Shown piece by piece: positions 36,801-45,733 of a DNA stretch of 64,000 nt. How positions within the stretch are numbered: position 1 is the first letter of the stretch; each line of letters starts with the position of its first letter. The notes under the pieces were generated by a model. That model was not told where the DNA came from and did no database searches. It worked only from the letters and a program-made list of their open reading frames with translations. The stretch lies in IMG/VR virus record IMGVR_UViG_3300033402_000312; one strand, written 5' to 3'. This DNA comes from a virus. Both the position numbers and the translations under genes were made by a program.

Positions 36801-38844
36801 GAAACGGACCATAAGCAGTTGCGGACTCGCGCCAATCCCACCCGCCCTTGGGGGAGTCCCAATTCTCAAGCAAGTAATACCAAACACCGGGCTTGTATTC
36901 GATGAATTGACACTCTAAGCCTGTCGAGGACTGCTTCGCCTTCCGCACGCTGACGATGTTCTCCACGGTCGCGACGCCGGGCGTGCCGTGCGCCCCGCCC
37001 ATGTTCAGCGCGACGCGGTCGGGCGAGACGATGACCGCCCTCCCGGTCGCCTCCGTCCACTCCTGCCCCCCGCGCCCCGTCCCTGCGGGAATCCAAATTG
37101 TGACGCGGTCGCCGGGGCGGACGGATTTCAGAAGCTCTTCGCGCCTGATCCTTTCCTCCCCACTTGCCGACGTCCATTCATGCTTGCACTCGTTGCATCT
37201 TTCCTTATCGCCCAAGGTGACGGAGCGGTCAACATCCGGGCTGCCGCACTTCGGGCAGTTCTTCACACGGTCCCGATTGAACCATTCTCCGGGTTTCCAA
37301 TCCCGTTCTGCTGGATTAGCCGGATTAGCAGCAGTCTTTTCCGCGCCCTCTTCTTCTTCGTCCCCCTCGCCTTCCCACTTCTTGGCTTCCTCGACGCTGT
37401 CAAGCCAGTACTGGGCCGCCTCGTCGCGCTCCCAGTCCTCCTGCGTGTACTCGGCGGTCTTCATGCTGCACGCCGGACAGGACTCGACATAGGTGGTCGT
37501 TTTCGGCTCCGAGCAGCGGCAGGTCCGCACGTTCCCGCACTTGCACTCGATGCGCTCGTGATGGTGTGCCTGCCTTGCCTCAGCGTAGTCCTGCTCGACG
37601 CCAGCGATGTTCAGCGACGACACCATGGCGGGGCGGGCGCGTTCCCTTTGGTAGTACTCGCGCTGCGTGCGCTCGGAGCGGATGACATTCATCAAGTCGA
37701 TAAATATGTTCTTGTCGCCAAGTTCGGCGCTGTGGGACATGATGAACCGCTCGATCATGTCGGGGAGCCGGGTGAAGTAGTCCTTGAATGATCCGAATCT
37801 CAGCCCTGTCTTCTCTATCCATTCCTGCTCAAAGTCGCTGCGCTTGACGTCGGCATCCTCCTCGGTCTGGAGGATGCGCCAGAAAATATCGAACATCAAA
37901 AGGAAGTTGTTGCCGGTCTTCTCTCCGACAGTCTGGCGGAGCCACTTCCTGAAGCCCTCGCGGAATTTGGCAATGTCCTTCTGTGCCTCGGCACCTTGGA
38001 ATTCCTCTTCGCCGACCCCATACTCCTTGGTTTCAAGGATATTGGCCTCTTCACCCTCGTTCCGAAGGTCGTGGCTCGGCTGCCACATGGAGATTTCCTC
38101 AGGAGGATTTTGTTTCTGGAATTTGTTCTGCATCTCGTTGATGCGGTACATGAAGCTGCTGATGAGGAAGTCGGTGAGCTTCTTCGCGGCGTTTTCTTTA
38201 TTCACGCCGCCGCCGAAGCTTTCTGCCTTGGCGACAAACTGGTCGAGAACCCTGCGCTGCCCAAGCGTCGTGAACAGCATCTCGTGGATGAGTTCGTCTT
38301 TGATGATTTGCTTGTCCTCGGCGTCGCCGCGCCCCGGCACGTAGAGCTTGGGGGAGACTACCTTCTGGAACCAGTCAGCCCAGCGGAACGCCTTGCCGTC
38401 ATGCCCCACAGGGTAAGGCAATTGATGGGACATCTCCGACTCAAGCTCCTCGCCCAAGAGCTTGCGCTGTTTTTTGTCGGTAACGCGCTTGAGCGCCTTG
38501 CGGATGTTTTTGGCACGCTCGGCATGGTCATTGTTGTGCTTTTCGATGTATGAGTTGATGTACAGGTCGAAGTCGCGGTTGTAGGCGAGATGGTACCGCA
38601 ACCACGACGCGAAGTGCGCCGCAGCAAGCCCGACCGGACGAAAATCAGGGGGCGTCTGGACAGGCTCCCCTCGCAGGCTGGACAGCCTCACGACAACGCC
38701 GTCCGGGCTGGCAAACTTGGACGCCACCCGGTAGACAGAACCGTCGATTCCTCGAACGATTTGCCCCGGCTCCGGGGAGGAAAGCTTGGCCGACGCCGCT
38801 TTCGGCTGATGTTCGTCGCCGAAGATCAACGCGGCGTACTTCAT
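33862..38844 (-). CDS. giant zinc-ribbon-rich protein (1660 aa)
   Basis: At least 8 CxxC pairs (CKCGNVRTCRC...CPACS, CPKCGSPDV...CNECKHEW, CPHCGAGL...CPDCGKPF, KCMDCGNVGKLNREGRCGACGSE, CPRCHGTNIDVDAVGSEGYKIYCEDCEQ). No enzymatic motif recognised. Confidence 0.7.
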   Translation of the reverse strand: MKYAALIFGDEHQPKAASAKLSSPEPGQIVRGIDGSVYRVASKFASPDGVVVRLSSLRGEPVQTPPDFRPVGLAAAHFASWLRYHLAYNRDFDLYINSYIEKHNNDHAERAKNIRKALKRVTDKKQRKLLGEELESEMSHQLPYPVGHDGKAFRWADWFQKVVSPKLYVPGRGDAEDKQIIKDELIHEMLFTTLGQRRVLDQFVAKAESFGGGVNKENAAKKLTDFLISSFMYRINEMQNKFQKQNPPEEISMWQPSHDLRNEGEEANILETKEYGVGEEEFQGAEAQKDIAKFREGFRKWLRQTVGEKTGNNFLLMFDIFWRILQTEEDADVKRSDFEQEWIEKTGLRFGSFKDYFTRLPDMIERFIMSHSAELGDKNIFIDLMNVIRSERTQREYYQRERARPAMVSSLNIAGVEQDYAEARQAHHHERIECKCGNVRTCRCSEPKTTTYVESCPACSMKTAEYTQEDWERDEAAQYWLDSVEEAKKWEGEGDEEEEGAEKTAANPANPAERDWKPGEWFNRDRVKNCPKCGSPDVDRSVTLGDKERCNECKHEWTSASGEERIRREELLKSVRPGDRVTIWIPAGTGRGGQEWTEATGRAVIVSPDRVALNMGGAHGTPGVATVENIVSVRKAKQSSTGLECQFIEYKPGVWYYLLENWDSPKGGWDWRESATAYGPFPTWEEGREHLHENHANPGGSSRITNAELRPDEVLDNAIAHAQNPKKSLRASMKTAQKLVRGDQLAPDEIKQVKDAFIYRWTSDNERRGDVYHCDKCDVQKDPYVNTTSAEGHQHPTIPLQTDEQWLREHAFYFTNAGKLLPRRHAVPAYLAPEQLPVAASLAHKFAMEKAAYNPGKGQYIYQAEPYCEMCGEAIREKLDAAGEAPEKPSDEYSYDSDYYPKGPYFDQESDAPEHCARCGVFLENPLTTEGYRYLNSMITEAEDTGAGNDEVIEEWKAFYPEREEYMGIGIHAKKKAALSNRGWFWVTHNGNDFQCPHCGAGLTDEEWNTDDGERLSGEWEVECPDCGKPFIVDIAVETRYRTQPKKAVYKKAMIPHEFDNADGQAIRNETYPDTAYVSGEADTAEFRERRQAADEAHSVAKTILEQLGGRRFIAMTGARNFIDTGNGLSFRLPGSGGFIKNGINVVRIDLTPNDTYNVTFSRLRGSKDTVISKHDDVYADSLREVFESETGLATSLGTMGKSGAIPSNERWKCMDCGNVGKLNREGRCGACGSEAVHPEALDNQQPALPAGPTEGVSTIRETKPVEVERRMVPIRERRISPNPDPKIGKTAQGGGNTTVTMQEQNVTDPNVPSKGQPIAVPNAIDQIPGPHSSNAPATAPRSPGIQPRIVNVPSGTEGETGMSSTASIEDPEEITCPRCHGTNIDVDAVGSEGYKIYCEDCEQVTYEGRLVPGRPARDYRETPGNPPGDEWSMLERMGRIEGEIEPDFELDRDADAAREDERSKTSAEEDGGFPISYEVERKGKVLPFSTFIDAIRKMKEGERVYGVYSDGQRQYLGDMVNGHFADKTRLFDKDAAGSNSGNDDVRGAGDLWRENFYEHRTEGLSTDGMLSGMKDAAGAAPAAVHPNVQQNLNLVRPQEQAPGPGGSTVAIIPGEGQEEPGGERRHTIEPELPNAKYHMMGALIASEEERLAREAGLDG

Positions 38845-38856
38845 CTTTGCTCCCTG

Positions 38857-39093
38857 TTAATCTTTGAGGACGTCGTTCGGGGCGAAGTCTTCGGAAGCGT
38901 CAGCCTTCAAGGCAGACTGGAGGAGGTCAAGGTACTCATCGTGATCCTTGAACGCTTGCGGTGCCTCGGGTGCGCCGTTCTGGTCGCGGACGTCGCCGTC
39001 TGCGGCGATCTTCGAGCCGGACATCTTTTCGTACTCGGACGCGAACAACGAGTTCATGTTGTCGGCGTCGATTTTGGCGATCTTTTTAGCCAT
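38857..39093 (-). CDS. small acidic protein (78 aa)
   Basis: ATG-initiated. Immediately downstream of the 1660-aa gene. Confidence 0.45.
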   Translation of the reverse strand: MAKKIAKIDADNMNSLFASEYEKMSGSKIAADGDVRDQNGAPEAPQAFKDHDEYLDLLQSALKADASEDFAPNDVLKD

Positions 39094-39216
39094 TTGCAGT
39101 CTCCTAGCGGTGACGGGGATAGTTTTCCCCTACAGAAGGGGCAGAAATACGAGTTTTAGCTTGGTGATTGTTGAGGCGCAAGCTGTATGCTGCACAACCC
39201 CTTGATTCTTAAGCAA

Positions 39217-39570
39217 TTACGTAACGACAAGGAAATAGACCGATGTCGCTGACAATAGGTTGCTGCTCAGGTCGTAGGTGTACAGCCCGAAAACTCGTGT
39301 GGACGGGAAGCCGCTCGGAATCACGAGGGTGCCGCCGCTGACGGTCGGGTTGGCGATTATGCCGGTGTCGAACGGTGGCGAACTGTTGAAAGCCGTGATG
39401 CGGACTTTAGCGACATTGAACGTTGCCCAAACCAAGGTAACCGGGGTGTTGGGGGCCACGGGGGATGCGGGCATCGAAGCCAGGGAGGCGTAGGGCGGCA
39501 GGCTTCCGTCCCCCGCCGTGGTGTACGACGCTACCAACGCGAAGCCGCCGATCAGAGGCAGTGACGGCAT
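39217..39570 (-). CDS. virion structural protein (117 aa)
   Basis: Pro/Ser/Thr/Val-rich beta composition. Start overlaps the stop of the upstream Ig-like gene by 1 nt. Confidence 0.45.
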   Translation of the reverse strand: MPSLPLIGGFALVASYTTAGDGSLPPYASLASMPASPVAPNTPVTLVWATFNVAKVRITAFNSSPPFDTGIIANPTVSGGTLVIPSGFPSTRVFGLYTYDLSSNLLSATSVYFLVVT

Positions 39571-40565
39571 CAGGGCACCACCACTACCACGGTGTTGGAC
39601 GTGCTGCCAGCGAAGTAGCTCTCCGAGGGCGGGGAGGTCGGCACCACTACCACGGTGTTGGACGTGCTGCCAGCGAAGTAGCTCTCCGAGGGCGGGGAGG
39701 TCGGGGGCATGTATTGAGCGCTAAGGCTGTGCGTGCCGGGGGGAAAGAAGTTATTGCCAGCGGTCAGCACCATTCCCCACAGTATTGTTTCGTATATGTT
39801 AGAAGCTAAAGCACCGTTTGTTACAGTAAACGTGTAGGTTCCAGGCGATGCTATGATTTGATCCCAAGCTGAGGCACTTTCGGTCCCGTAAGGCGGGGGA
39901 TTCACTCTGTTCGTAAACGTTCCCGGAGACATCACGACAGACCAAGTACCGGCTGTGTAGGAATAATAAAACAAGACCGCTTGTTGGTTGGGGGCCGTAG
40001 TAGTAAGGCTCACGCTGATAGTGGGCGTGTGCGGTATTGTCACATTGGATGCAGAGGCAACCAATGCCGGAACCCCAGAACTCCCCGCATATTCCACCAG
40101 AAAAATGTTGGCACCGCCAGGGGTTTGACTATAAGTTGCTGTTACCGAATTTGAGCCGCCTGCAATGTTCTCCGCCATAAAGACAGAAGTCCAACGTAAA
40201 TCAGTCGGGTAGTCAGCGGTACCCAACTGGGTGTAGTGGTTGTGGTTGGTGTCGCTGACGCCGAATGTCCCGGCCAACGCGTTGTTGATGTCGATATACA
40301 CAAGAAGAGTGTTCCCCGGTACGTTGGTAAACGGCAGTGTGGGACTATTGAGGTTTCCCGCTTTGAATTGGTAAAACGTCGGTTCCGGGGTGGGGAGCGT
40401 TAGAACGGCAACCCCGTCCACCAGGGTCACTGGGCTGCCGATGGGGGTTGTCCCAGGCGGCGACCCGCCTGAATCATAGAACTGCACTGTCCCAACCGGG
40501 GCAGACGGCGGAACGGGAGGGGGTGGGGTTGAAACTGTCACTGTAGCAGTCAATGTTGTTGGCAT
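39570..40565 (-). CDS. Ig-like (bacterial Ig-like domain) structural protein with C-terminal tandem 20-aa repeat (331 aa)
   Basis: TVQFYDSGGSPPGTTPIGSPVTLVDGVAVL is a Big-type Ig segment. The C-terminus carries TSPPSESYFAGSTSNTVVVV twice. Confidence 0.55.
   Translation of the reverse strand: MPTTLTATVTVSTPPPPVPPSAPVGTVQFYDSGGSPPGTTPIGSPVTLVDGVAVLTLPTPEPTFYQFKAGNLNSPTLPFTNVPGNTLLVYIDINNALAGTFGVSDTNHNHYTQLGTADYPTDLRWTSVFMAENIAGGSNSVTATYSQTPGGANIFLVEYAGSSGVPALVASASNVTIPHTPTISVSLTTTAPNQQAVLFYYSYTAGTWSVVMSPGTFTNRVNPPPYGTESASAWDQIIASPGTYTFTVTNGALASNIYETILWGMVLTAGNNFFPPGTHSLSAQYMPPTSPPSESYFAGSTSNTVVVVPTSPPSESYFAGSTSNTVVVVVP
39575..39704. repeat. in-frame tandem direct repeat, 2 copies of ~60 nt (one copy has 3 extra nt); coordinates approximate
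   Basis: GCACCAC(CAC)TACCACGGTGTTGGACGTGCTGCCAGCGAAGTAGCTCTCCGAGGGCGGGGAGGTCGG occurs twice back-to-back at the 3' end of 39570..40565. Confidence 0.6.
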
Positions 40566-40582
40566 TTTCTCTCCGCTCCGGT

Positions 40583-41176
40583 TTAGGTGACCACCAGTTG
40601 AGTCATCGTCTGGAACACGACGACCTCCTCGCTAACGATGTTCGATATGCCTGAAACAAAGGGGGATTCGCCCGCAGTGTATACCGCGAACAGTGGATGG
40701 ATTCCCGCCGCCAGCGACGAGTCCGTGTACGAGGCGGTGCCCGACACGAGGGTCTGCGGGCTTCCTATCGGGATAGCCCCGTCATAAAACTGGATGGTGC
40801 CTGTCGGAGTGCCCGCACTCGATGTCACTGTCGCCGTGAGAACAACCGGGGCTGTCAGGTATGTTGGGTTCGGGCTTGCCGCCAGCGAATAGGCCATGCC
40901 GCTGCCGCTCACGAACGGCGGCGACGGGACATGGTGGATGACTTGGATCACGCCCTGCAAATTGATCACGTTCGCCATGAAAAGCAAGTAACGATTGTTC
41001 GCCGGATCGAACGAGAAGGTCTGCACCGCCTGAAGCACGCCGTCAACGTACACGCTCAGGTCGCGGCGGGGATCAAACGAATCGAGCAAGCCGCCCTGCA
41101 CGAACGGCCCCGCAAACGGCGCGAGCGCGATCTGTATGCGGTTTGAGTAAGGCTCATTGGTCTGCGCGTGCATCAA
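40583..41176 (-). CDS. Ig-like structural protein (197 aa)
   Basis: TGTIQFYDGAIPIGSPQTLVSGTASY Big-type segment, paralogous to the segment in 39570..40565. Confidence 0.5.
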   Translation of the reverse strand: MMHAQTNEPYSNRIQIALAPFAGPFVQGGLLDSFDPRRDLSVYVDGVLQAVQTFSFDPANNRYLLFMANVINLQGVIQVIHHVPSPPFVSGSGMAYSLAASPNPTYLTAPVVLTATVTSSAGTPTGTIQFYDGAIPIGSPQTLVSGTASYTDSSLAAGIHPLFAVYTAGESPFVSGISNIVSEEVVVFQTMTQLVVT

Positions 41177-42228
41177 TCTTCCTCTTCGCCTTTGACGAAT
41201 TTCTTGATCTTTTTCCAGACATCGCGGCGCTTGTCAGGGTCTTTGACGCGCATCCAAAGGTTGTGCAGAATGTCGAACGCGGATTCGCCCTTTTCCTCTT
41301 CCTGGTACGGAAGGCCTTTGTGGATGTGCGGCTCGCCTTTTTCGTGGGCTTCCTCGATCCTTTTTTCTTCATCGTCAGTCAACTCCCCGATGTCAGCAGC
41401 CTCCTGTTCCTCGACCGTCTTCGCCGGGGCTTTGGCTGGGGTCGGTGGGGTTGGTGCTTCCTCATGCGGCTGCGTCGCTGGCTCGGTGCGCTCGACCGCG
41501 CCTCCCTCAGGCACCTGTTCCTCAAGCTCCCTCTCATGGAGCATCCTCGCCTCTTCTTCCTTGCGCAGCGCGTCCAGCAGCTTTTCCTTGATCTCCACGT
41601 CCTTCGTCTTGCGGACCTTGTCGATTTTCTTCCTCTTCTCCTCCCGTTCCTTCTGCTTCTGGAGAAGCTCGGGGCTGCTCTCAACCTCCAGCTTGCGCTG
41701 CTCCATCTCTCGTTTCCGAAGGATGTTCACGATGTTGTGCTGCACGCTCGGCAGGATGCGCTCGAACACCGCGTGGATGTGCTTGCAAATGACGTAGTTC
41801 CCCCGCAGGTCAAGGCGCTCCTTCGGGGCTTGCAGCAGCGGGCGGGAAGGCCCAAGCAGGCCGTCGCGCTGGTGAAGGTTCCACTGGGCACCCCAGTAGA
41901 GGAACGCCGGGCACGAGCACTGGACTTGGATGTCAAGGTCTTTCGCCTTCTGTGACTCCTGCACCTTCGTCACGTCGAACTGCGTCCTGACGTCGTGACC
42001 GGCAGGATCGCTGTCATCCTTGTTGCACTTGACATTGTAATGAAGGAACAACGCCTTCGGGTTCGAATCCAGCAGGCGGGGCTGGCAGCCGCCGCGATAC
42101 TTCTTCGAGAAAGCATTAGTCTGGCGGACAAGGTCGGGGAGGGAGATCGCAGTCTTGACGGCACGCTCGCCGACGCCTTCGATGACATCCACGGCAGCGG
42201 AAAGCGGGATTGTAATAAACTCAGCCAT
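41173..42228 (-). CDS. SWIM zinc-finger protein with Lys/Glu-rich coiled-coil C-terminal half (351 aa)
   Basis: QVQCSCPAFLYWGAQWNLHQ...YVICKHIHAVF equals CxCxnCxH. The C-terminus is a KEEE repeat-rich helix with an acidic tail. Confidence 0.6.
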   Translation of the reverse strand: MAEFITIPLSAAVDVIEGVGERAVKTAISLPDLVRQTNAFSKKYRGGCQPRLLDSNPKALFLHYNVKCNKDDSDPAGHDVRTQFDVTKVQESQKAKDLDIQVQCSCPAFLYWGAQWNLHQRDGLLGPSRPLLQAPKERLDLRGNYVICKHIHAVFERILPSVQHNIVNILRKREMEQRKLEVESSPELLQKQKEREEKRKKIDKVRKTKDVEIKEKLLDALRKEEEARMLHERELEEQVPEGGAVERTEPATQPHEEAPTPPTPAKAPAKTVEEQEAADIGELTDDEEKRIEEAHEKGEPHIHKGLPYQEEEKGESAFDILHNLWMRVKDPDKRRDVWKKIKKFVKGEEED

Positions 42229-42288
42229 TTGGACGCACTCAACCCTTCACTTAGGGTTCAAAAAGCACGCATTTAATAGCTGAAAGGG

Positions 42289-42447
42289 CTACTGTTTTTG
42301 CGCAGTGTTTTTGGCACGGAAACAGACCTTCAGCGGAATGCCCTTCGCAAGCTTGCGCTGGCATTCCTTACAGATAATCCAATCGATGGCGTAGCCCAGC
42401 CACTCGTATGCCTTGCAGTAGAAGACGCAGAGACGCTTTTTACCCAT
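42289..42447 (-). CDS. unlisted 52-aa Cys-rich small ORF (coordinates +/-2)
   Basis: MGKKRLCVFYCKAYEWLGYAIDWIICKECQRKLAKGIPLKVCFRAKNTAQKQ. Its ATG overlaps the TGA of 42447..42872 (TGATG). It fills an otherwise unexplained 218-nt gap. Confidence 0.3.
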   Translation of the reverse strand: MGKKRLCVFYCKAYEWLGYAIDWIICKECQRKLAKGIPLKVCFRAKNTAQKQ

Positions 42448-42872
42448 CAAATTGTCTCGTCCTCGATCTCTTCAAGCTTAACTTTGCCGGAAGGCTTCGG
42501 CTTCGGTACAGATTCTGGCAGCTTTTCGCGCTTGAGCGGCTTTGGTTCTTCTCTCGAAGGCGCGGAGACAGGCGGCTTAGGCGTCGGCTTAGGCTCTTCC
42601 CTCTTGGGGACTGGCTTGGAAGCCTCCGCAGGCTTCGGGGGCGCTTTGGGAACCGCTTTGGCAGCCTGGATCACTTCTTCGATGAACCCGCTTTTTTGCA
42701 TGGCGGCAAGCCCCAAGAACGTCTGTTTCACGGCTTTGACAACCTCCCCGTTGCGGTACACCGTCAGGCGGTTGGCGTTGGAGGTATCGTGAACCAGTAT
42801 GTCCCCGACCTTCACGAAGAAGCCGAAATCGGCGAAATGCACCGGGGACTTGACTAGGTAACTACGCTGCAC
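42447..42872 (-). CDS. hypothetical protein with Pro/Lys-rich C-terminal half (141 aa)
   Basis: ATG-initiated. PKPAEASKPVPKREEPKPTPKPP low-complexity tail. Confidence 0.45.
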   Translation of the reverse strand: MQRSYLVKSPVHFADFGFFVKVGDILVHDTSNANRLTVYRNGEVVKAVKQTFLGLAAMQKSGFIEEVIQAAKAVPKAPPKPAEASKPVPKREEPKPTPKPPVSAPSREEPKPLKREKLPESVPKPKPSGKVKLEEIEDETI

Positions 42873-42890
42873 GTGTATTTTTCCCTCTAA

Positions 42891-43874
42891 TTAGATACCG
42901 AGATTGTCTGTATTGCTGGCTTTCCGGGCTTTGTGAGACGCCCTCATCCTTTGCCTAGTGGACTCTGGGCGTGTCTTTCCCGCCCAATATCCGGGCTTTC
43001 CGAAGCGGTTATTGCCAGCCCCCTGCCTCTGTTCGGATAGCCGCTTGCGTGCTTCATCCGACCATTTCCAGTGCTTTCCCTCGGCTGCCACGCGGACTTT
43101 CGCGGCGTGTTCCTTCGAAAGTTTGCGTCCATCCAATGTTTCGCTGATCTTGTCAGCGACTTCCTTGGGGCAGCCGCCTGCACGATGGTGCCGATCTCTG
43201 TGCGGGAGGTAGGAATAGGCGTTTGGTTTTCCCTTCTCTAGTTGATGATGCGCTTTGCTTCTTTCGCCTACTTTCATCTTAAATTCGCTTGAATGATAAG
43301 TGGGCCTCCCCAAGCAAAATCCTCGCTCCAAAGACGATTGAACCTCCTCGACTGGGACACGGTAAGACTCTTCTCCCTTGTGTACCCATTGGCGCGGCGG
43401 AGCGACCTGTGTCCATCCATCTATGAGCTTGGTGTCGAGTTCTTCGGCGGACACCACGGTGTGCAGCTTGCCTTTGTAAATATGCATCCAGCCTTCGACT
43501 GACACAGCGCCGGAGCGGATGCGCTCGTATTCTAGTGACATGTCCCGCACCAACGCCTCGTCGTAATTGCTCTGCACCAAAATGTTGAGGCGCTCCACGG
43601 ATGCCATCTTGAGGAAGGACAAGTAAGCAACCGGATGCTTCGGCAAAGCGCGGTAGAGGTAGTAGTGCGCTACGAAATGGTCGGACGGTGTGAGACGCTT
43701 CAGATTCCATGAGTGGTCTCTGAACGACTCGAACTCGGGGAACATGGCGCGTGGCAGAATGTGGTGGCGATGGCTGCGACCTGCCGGGGATTTGGCGGAC
43801 GTGACAAAATCCAGATAAGCGCCAATCCAATTCTGGTCAGCGCCCAGCCGACCGAAGTACGTTTTGAAATCCAT
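42891..43874 (-). CDS. HNH homing endonuclease with NUMOD-like C-terminal DNA-binding repeats (327 aa)
   Basis: SHRHHILPRAMFPEF...NLKRLTPSDHFVAHYYLY (HH...N...H HNH_3 pattern). C-terminal LSKEHAAKVRVAAEGKHW and GKPGYWAGKTRPESTRQRMRASH NUMOD-like repeats. Confidence 0.75.
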   Translation of the reverse strand: MDFKTYFGRLGADQNWIGAYLDFVTSAKSPAGRSHRHHILPRAMFPEFESFRDHSWNLKRLTPSDHFVAHYYLYRALPKHPVAYLSFLKMASVERLNILVQSNYDEALVRDMSLEYERIRSGAVSVEGWMHIYKGKLHTVVSAEELDTKLIDGWTQVAPPRQWVHKGEESYRVPVEEVQSSLERGFCLGRPTYHSSEFKMKVGERSKAHHQLEKGKPNAYSYLPHRDRHHRAGGCPKEVADKISETLDGRKLSKEHAAKVRVAAEGKHWKWSDEARKRLSEQRQGAGNNRFGKPGYWAGKTRPESTRQRMRASHKARKASNTDNLGI

Positions 43875-43913
43875 GCAGTCTAATACTGCGATTTTTGAAA
43901 TTCAAAAGAAAAA

Positions 43914-43943
43914 GCCCCAAAGCGAGTTCGCTTTGGGGCTTTT
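43914..43943 (-). terminator. strong intrinsic terminator after the putative major capsid gene (approximate)
   Basis: GCCCCAAAGCGA-gt-TCGCTTTGGGGC perfect inverted repeat. On the minus strand it is followed by TTTTTCTTTTG. Confidence 0.65.
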
Positions 43944-43967
43944 GGTAGGTTGTTGGAAAACTTAGGG

Positions 43968-44927
43968 TTAGTTCTCACCCGTGTTCGCCGAGCTAACGAA
44001 ACGTCCGTTAACCGTCAAACGCTGGACTCCCGAAGGATTGAAAACCAAAAATCCCAAATTCTCGAAGATCGAGAAGCCGATCTGGCGGAGGTCCGGACGG
44101 TCGGCAGACATCACCGTGAGCGGAATACGCTCGGGGATGACGCCGAGGAACTCTGCGTCCGCAAGGATGTAAATGGAGCCGTAGCCGACCTTACGGGACT
44201 GGAGCAGCGTTGCGCCCCAGAGGTAGCCCATGACGCCGGTCTTGAGCAGCTTGCGCTGGGTTTCGCGGTCGATGTTCTGCTGAGTCCACTTGAGCAGGTC
44301 GGTGTAGTCGCGCGGGTTGAAGAACACGAACGCAACCGAGAGGTCGTGACGCTGCACCTGACCGAAGCCATCAGCCATGCTGTTGATGTCGATAGGGGCG
44401 TTGATCGCGATGTCCGGGTTGTACACCGGGTCGTTTGCCGCGTGCGTTGCCGCTGCGGAAGCGACTGCGTCGAAGAGCGAGAAGACGTAGGCGTCTTCCT
44501 GCGCTCCGACTTCTGCCTTCGCCAAGTTCAGGGAACGGGCGACGAGGTCGAAGCGGCGCTCCTTGATCTGGGTGATGGGGATCATCGGGTTGGAGACGAT
44601 TTCGAACGTCGGCACGGTGACGCGCTTCGGCTTGGTGACGCGGACGATGTCGCCGCCCTCTTCACCAACCACGAAAGCTTCGACGAAGGACGAGCCGGGT
44701 GTGGAGCCGACTGTCATCGCCGCCGTGTCGAATTCCTTGTCGTAGATCGGCAGTGCGCCGTCAGGCAGTGTCTCGACCATGAGCGCCTTGCGTGCGATGC
44801 TCATGTAGTCGCGACGGCGGCGAAGGGAAGGACCCAACGACGCTGCGAGCTTCTGGCGTCCGCCTGCTGTCTTGAGCAGTTGCCCAAGCATTGCGGTCTG
44901 TTGCTGCGTGCGTGAAAGATTTGCCAT
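43968..44927 (-). CDS. putative major capsid protein (319 aa from the internal ATG)
   Basis: ATG at 44927 preceded by TTAGGAGAAAAA. Sits after the scaffold-like gene and is followed by the strongest terminator in the window. Size and composition are compatible with an HK97-fold coat protein. No motif-level proof. Confidence 0.5.
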   Translation of the reverse strand: MANLSRTQQQTAMLGQLLKTAGGRQKLAASLGPSLRRRRDYMSIARKALMVETLPDGALPIYDKEFDTAAMTVGSTPGSSFVEAFVVGEEGGDIVRVTKPKRVTVPTFEIVSNPMIPITQIKERRFDLVARSLNLAKAEVGAQEDAYVFSLFDAVASAAATHAANDPVYNPDIAINAPIDINSMADGFGQVQRHDLSVAFVFFNPRDYTDLLKWTQQNIDRETQRKLLKTGVMGYLWGATLLQSRKVGYGSIYILADAEFLGVIPERIPLTVMSADRPDLRQIGFSIFENLGFLVFNPSGVQRLTVNGRFVSSANTGEN

Positions 44928-44968
44928 GATAGTTTTTCTCCTAAGAAGTTGTCTTAGTCGATTCCCCC

Positions 44969-45541
44969 TTACAGCAAGCTCGCAACGCCCAGCCACGGCT
45001 CGGGAGCCGTGGGGACGTGCGTGACGATGCCAACGGCAGGCGAGGCTGAACCCTTGTGAGCGGAGTCAGTGTACTTGCCGACGTTGGATTTTGTGTTGCC
45101 GCCTGCGTAGGCGTACTGCCCGAGCGCGAAGTTCGCGTTGGCATCGTAGCCTTGGAAGTCAACGTTGCCTTGCCACAAAGCGCGGACAACAGGAGCCTTG
45201 CGGGAGCCGGAAGGCCCGATAGCACCAGCGAACTCGCCGGGGCCATTGAGCAGTGTTGCGAACGGGACGTTGCCCTCGGAAGCGCCATAGGAAGGCGACG
45301 CCGCGTCAGTGTCAACGGGGACGATGTTTCCAATGGAACCCATCGCAGGCTCGTATGACGGCTGGAACGCAAGGGGGGCGGTCAAGGTCGCGGACGAGTC
45401 GATGATCGCCACGATGACGCCGCCGAGGTAGCCAGCGGAGGTAAGAGTCTGTTGGTCAGTGCCCGGATCGCCGGTCAGGAAGACGGCCGGGGTGCAATTG
45501 ACCGAATCGTTCTGACCATAGTATGTCAATTTCAAAGACAT
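44969..45541 (-). CDS. head-module protein (190 aa), Gly/Ala/Ser-rich; decoration or minor capsid candidate
   Basis: ATG preceded by TGGAGAAA. Located between the scaffold-like gene and the capsid gene. Confidence 0.45.
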   Translation of the reverse strand: MSLKLTYYGQNDSVNCTPAVFLTGDPGTDQQTLTSAGYLGGVIVAIIDSSATLTAPLAFQPSYEPAMGSIGNIVPVDTDAASPSYGASEGNVPFATLLNGPGEFAGAIGPSGSRKAPVVRALWQGNVDFQGYDANANFALGQYAYAGGNTKSNVGKYTDSAHKGSASPAVGIVTHVPTAPEPWLGVASLL

Positions 45542-45733
45542 AGTGGTTTCTCCAGTTTATGAAACGAAAAGATACGCTCTTGATTTGCCTAACCCAATCC
45601 GGTCACCTTGGGGGCGAGTAGGACTATAGGTTTTGGCGCGTATACACTTAAGGGGGTGGTAGCGGGGATTTTTGTTCATTATCGACGTGCCACGTGCAGT
45701 ATTAGTCTGGAGTCCAGTTGAGGAGACGCAGCT

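Noticed and set aside
42056-42072. tRNA T-loop-like GGGTTCGAATCC
   Set aside because: No flanking complementary T-stem or acceptor stem. It lies inside the SWIM-protein coding sequence. Judged a chance match.
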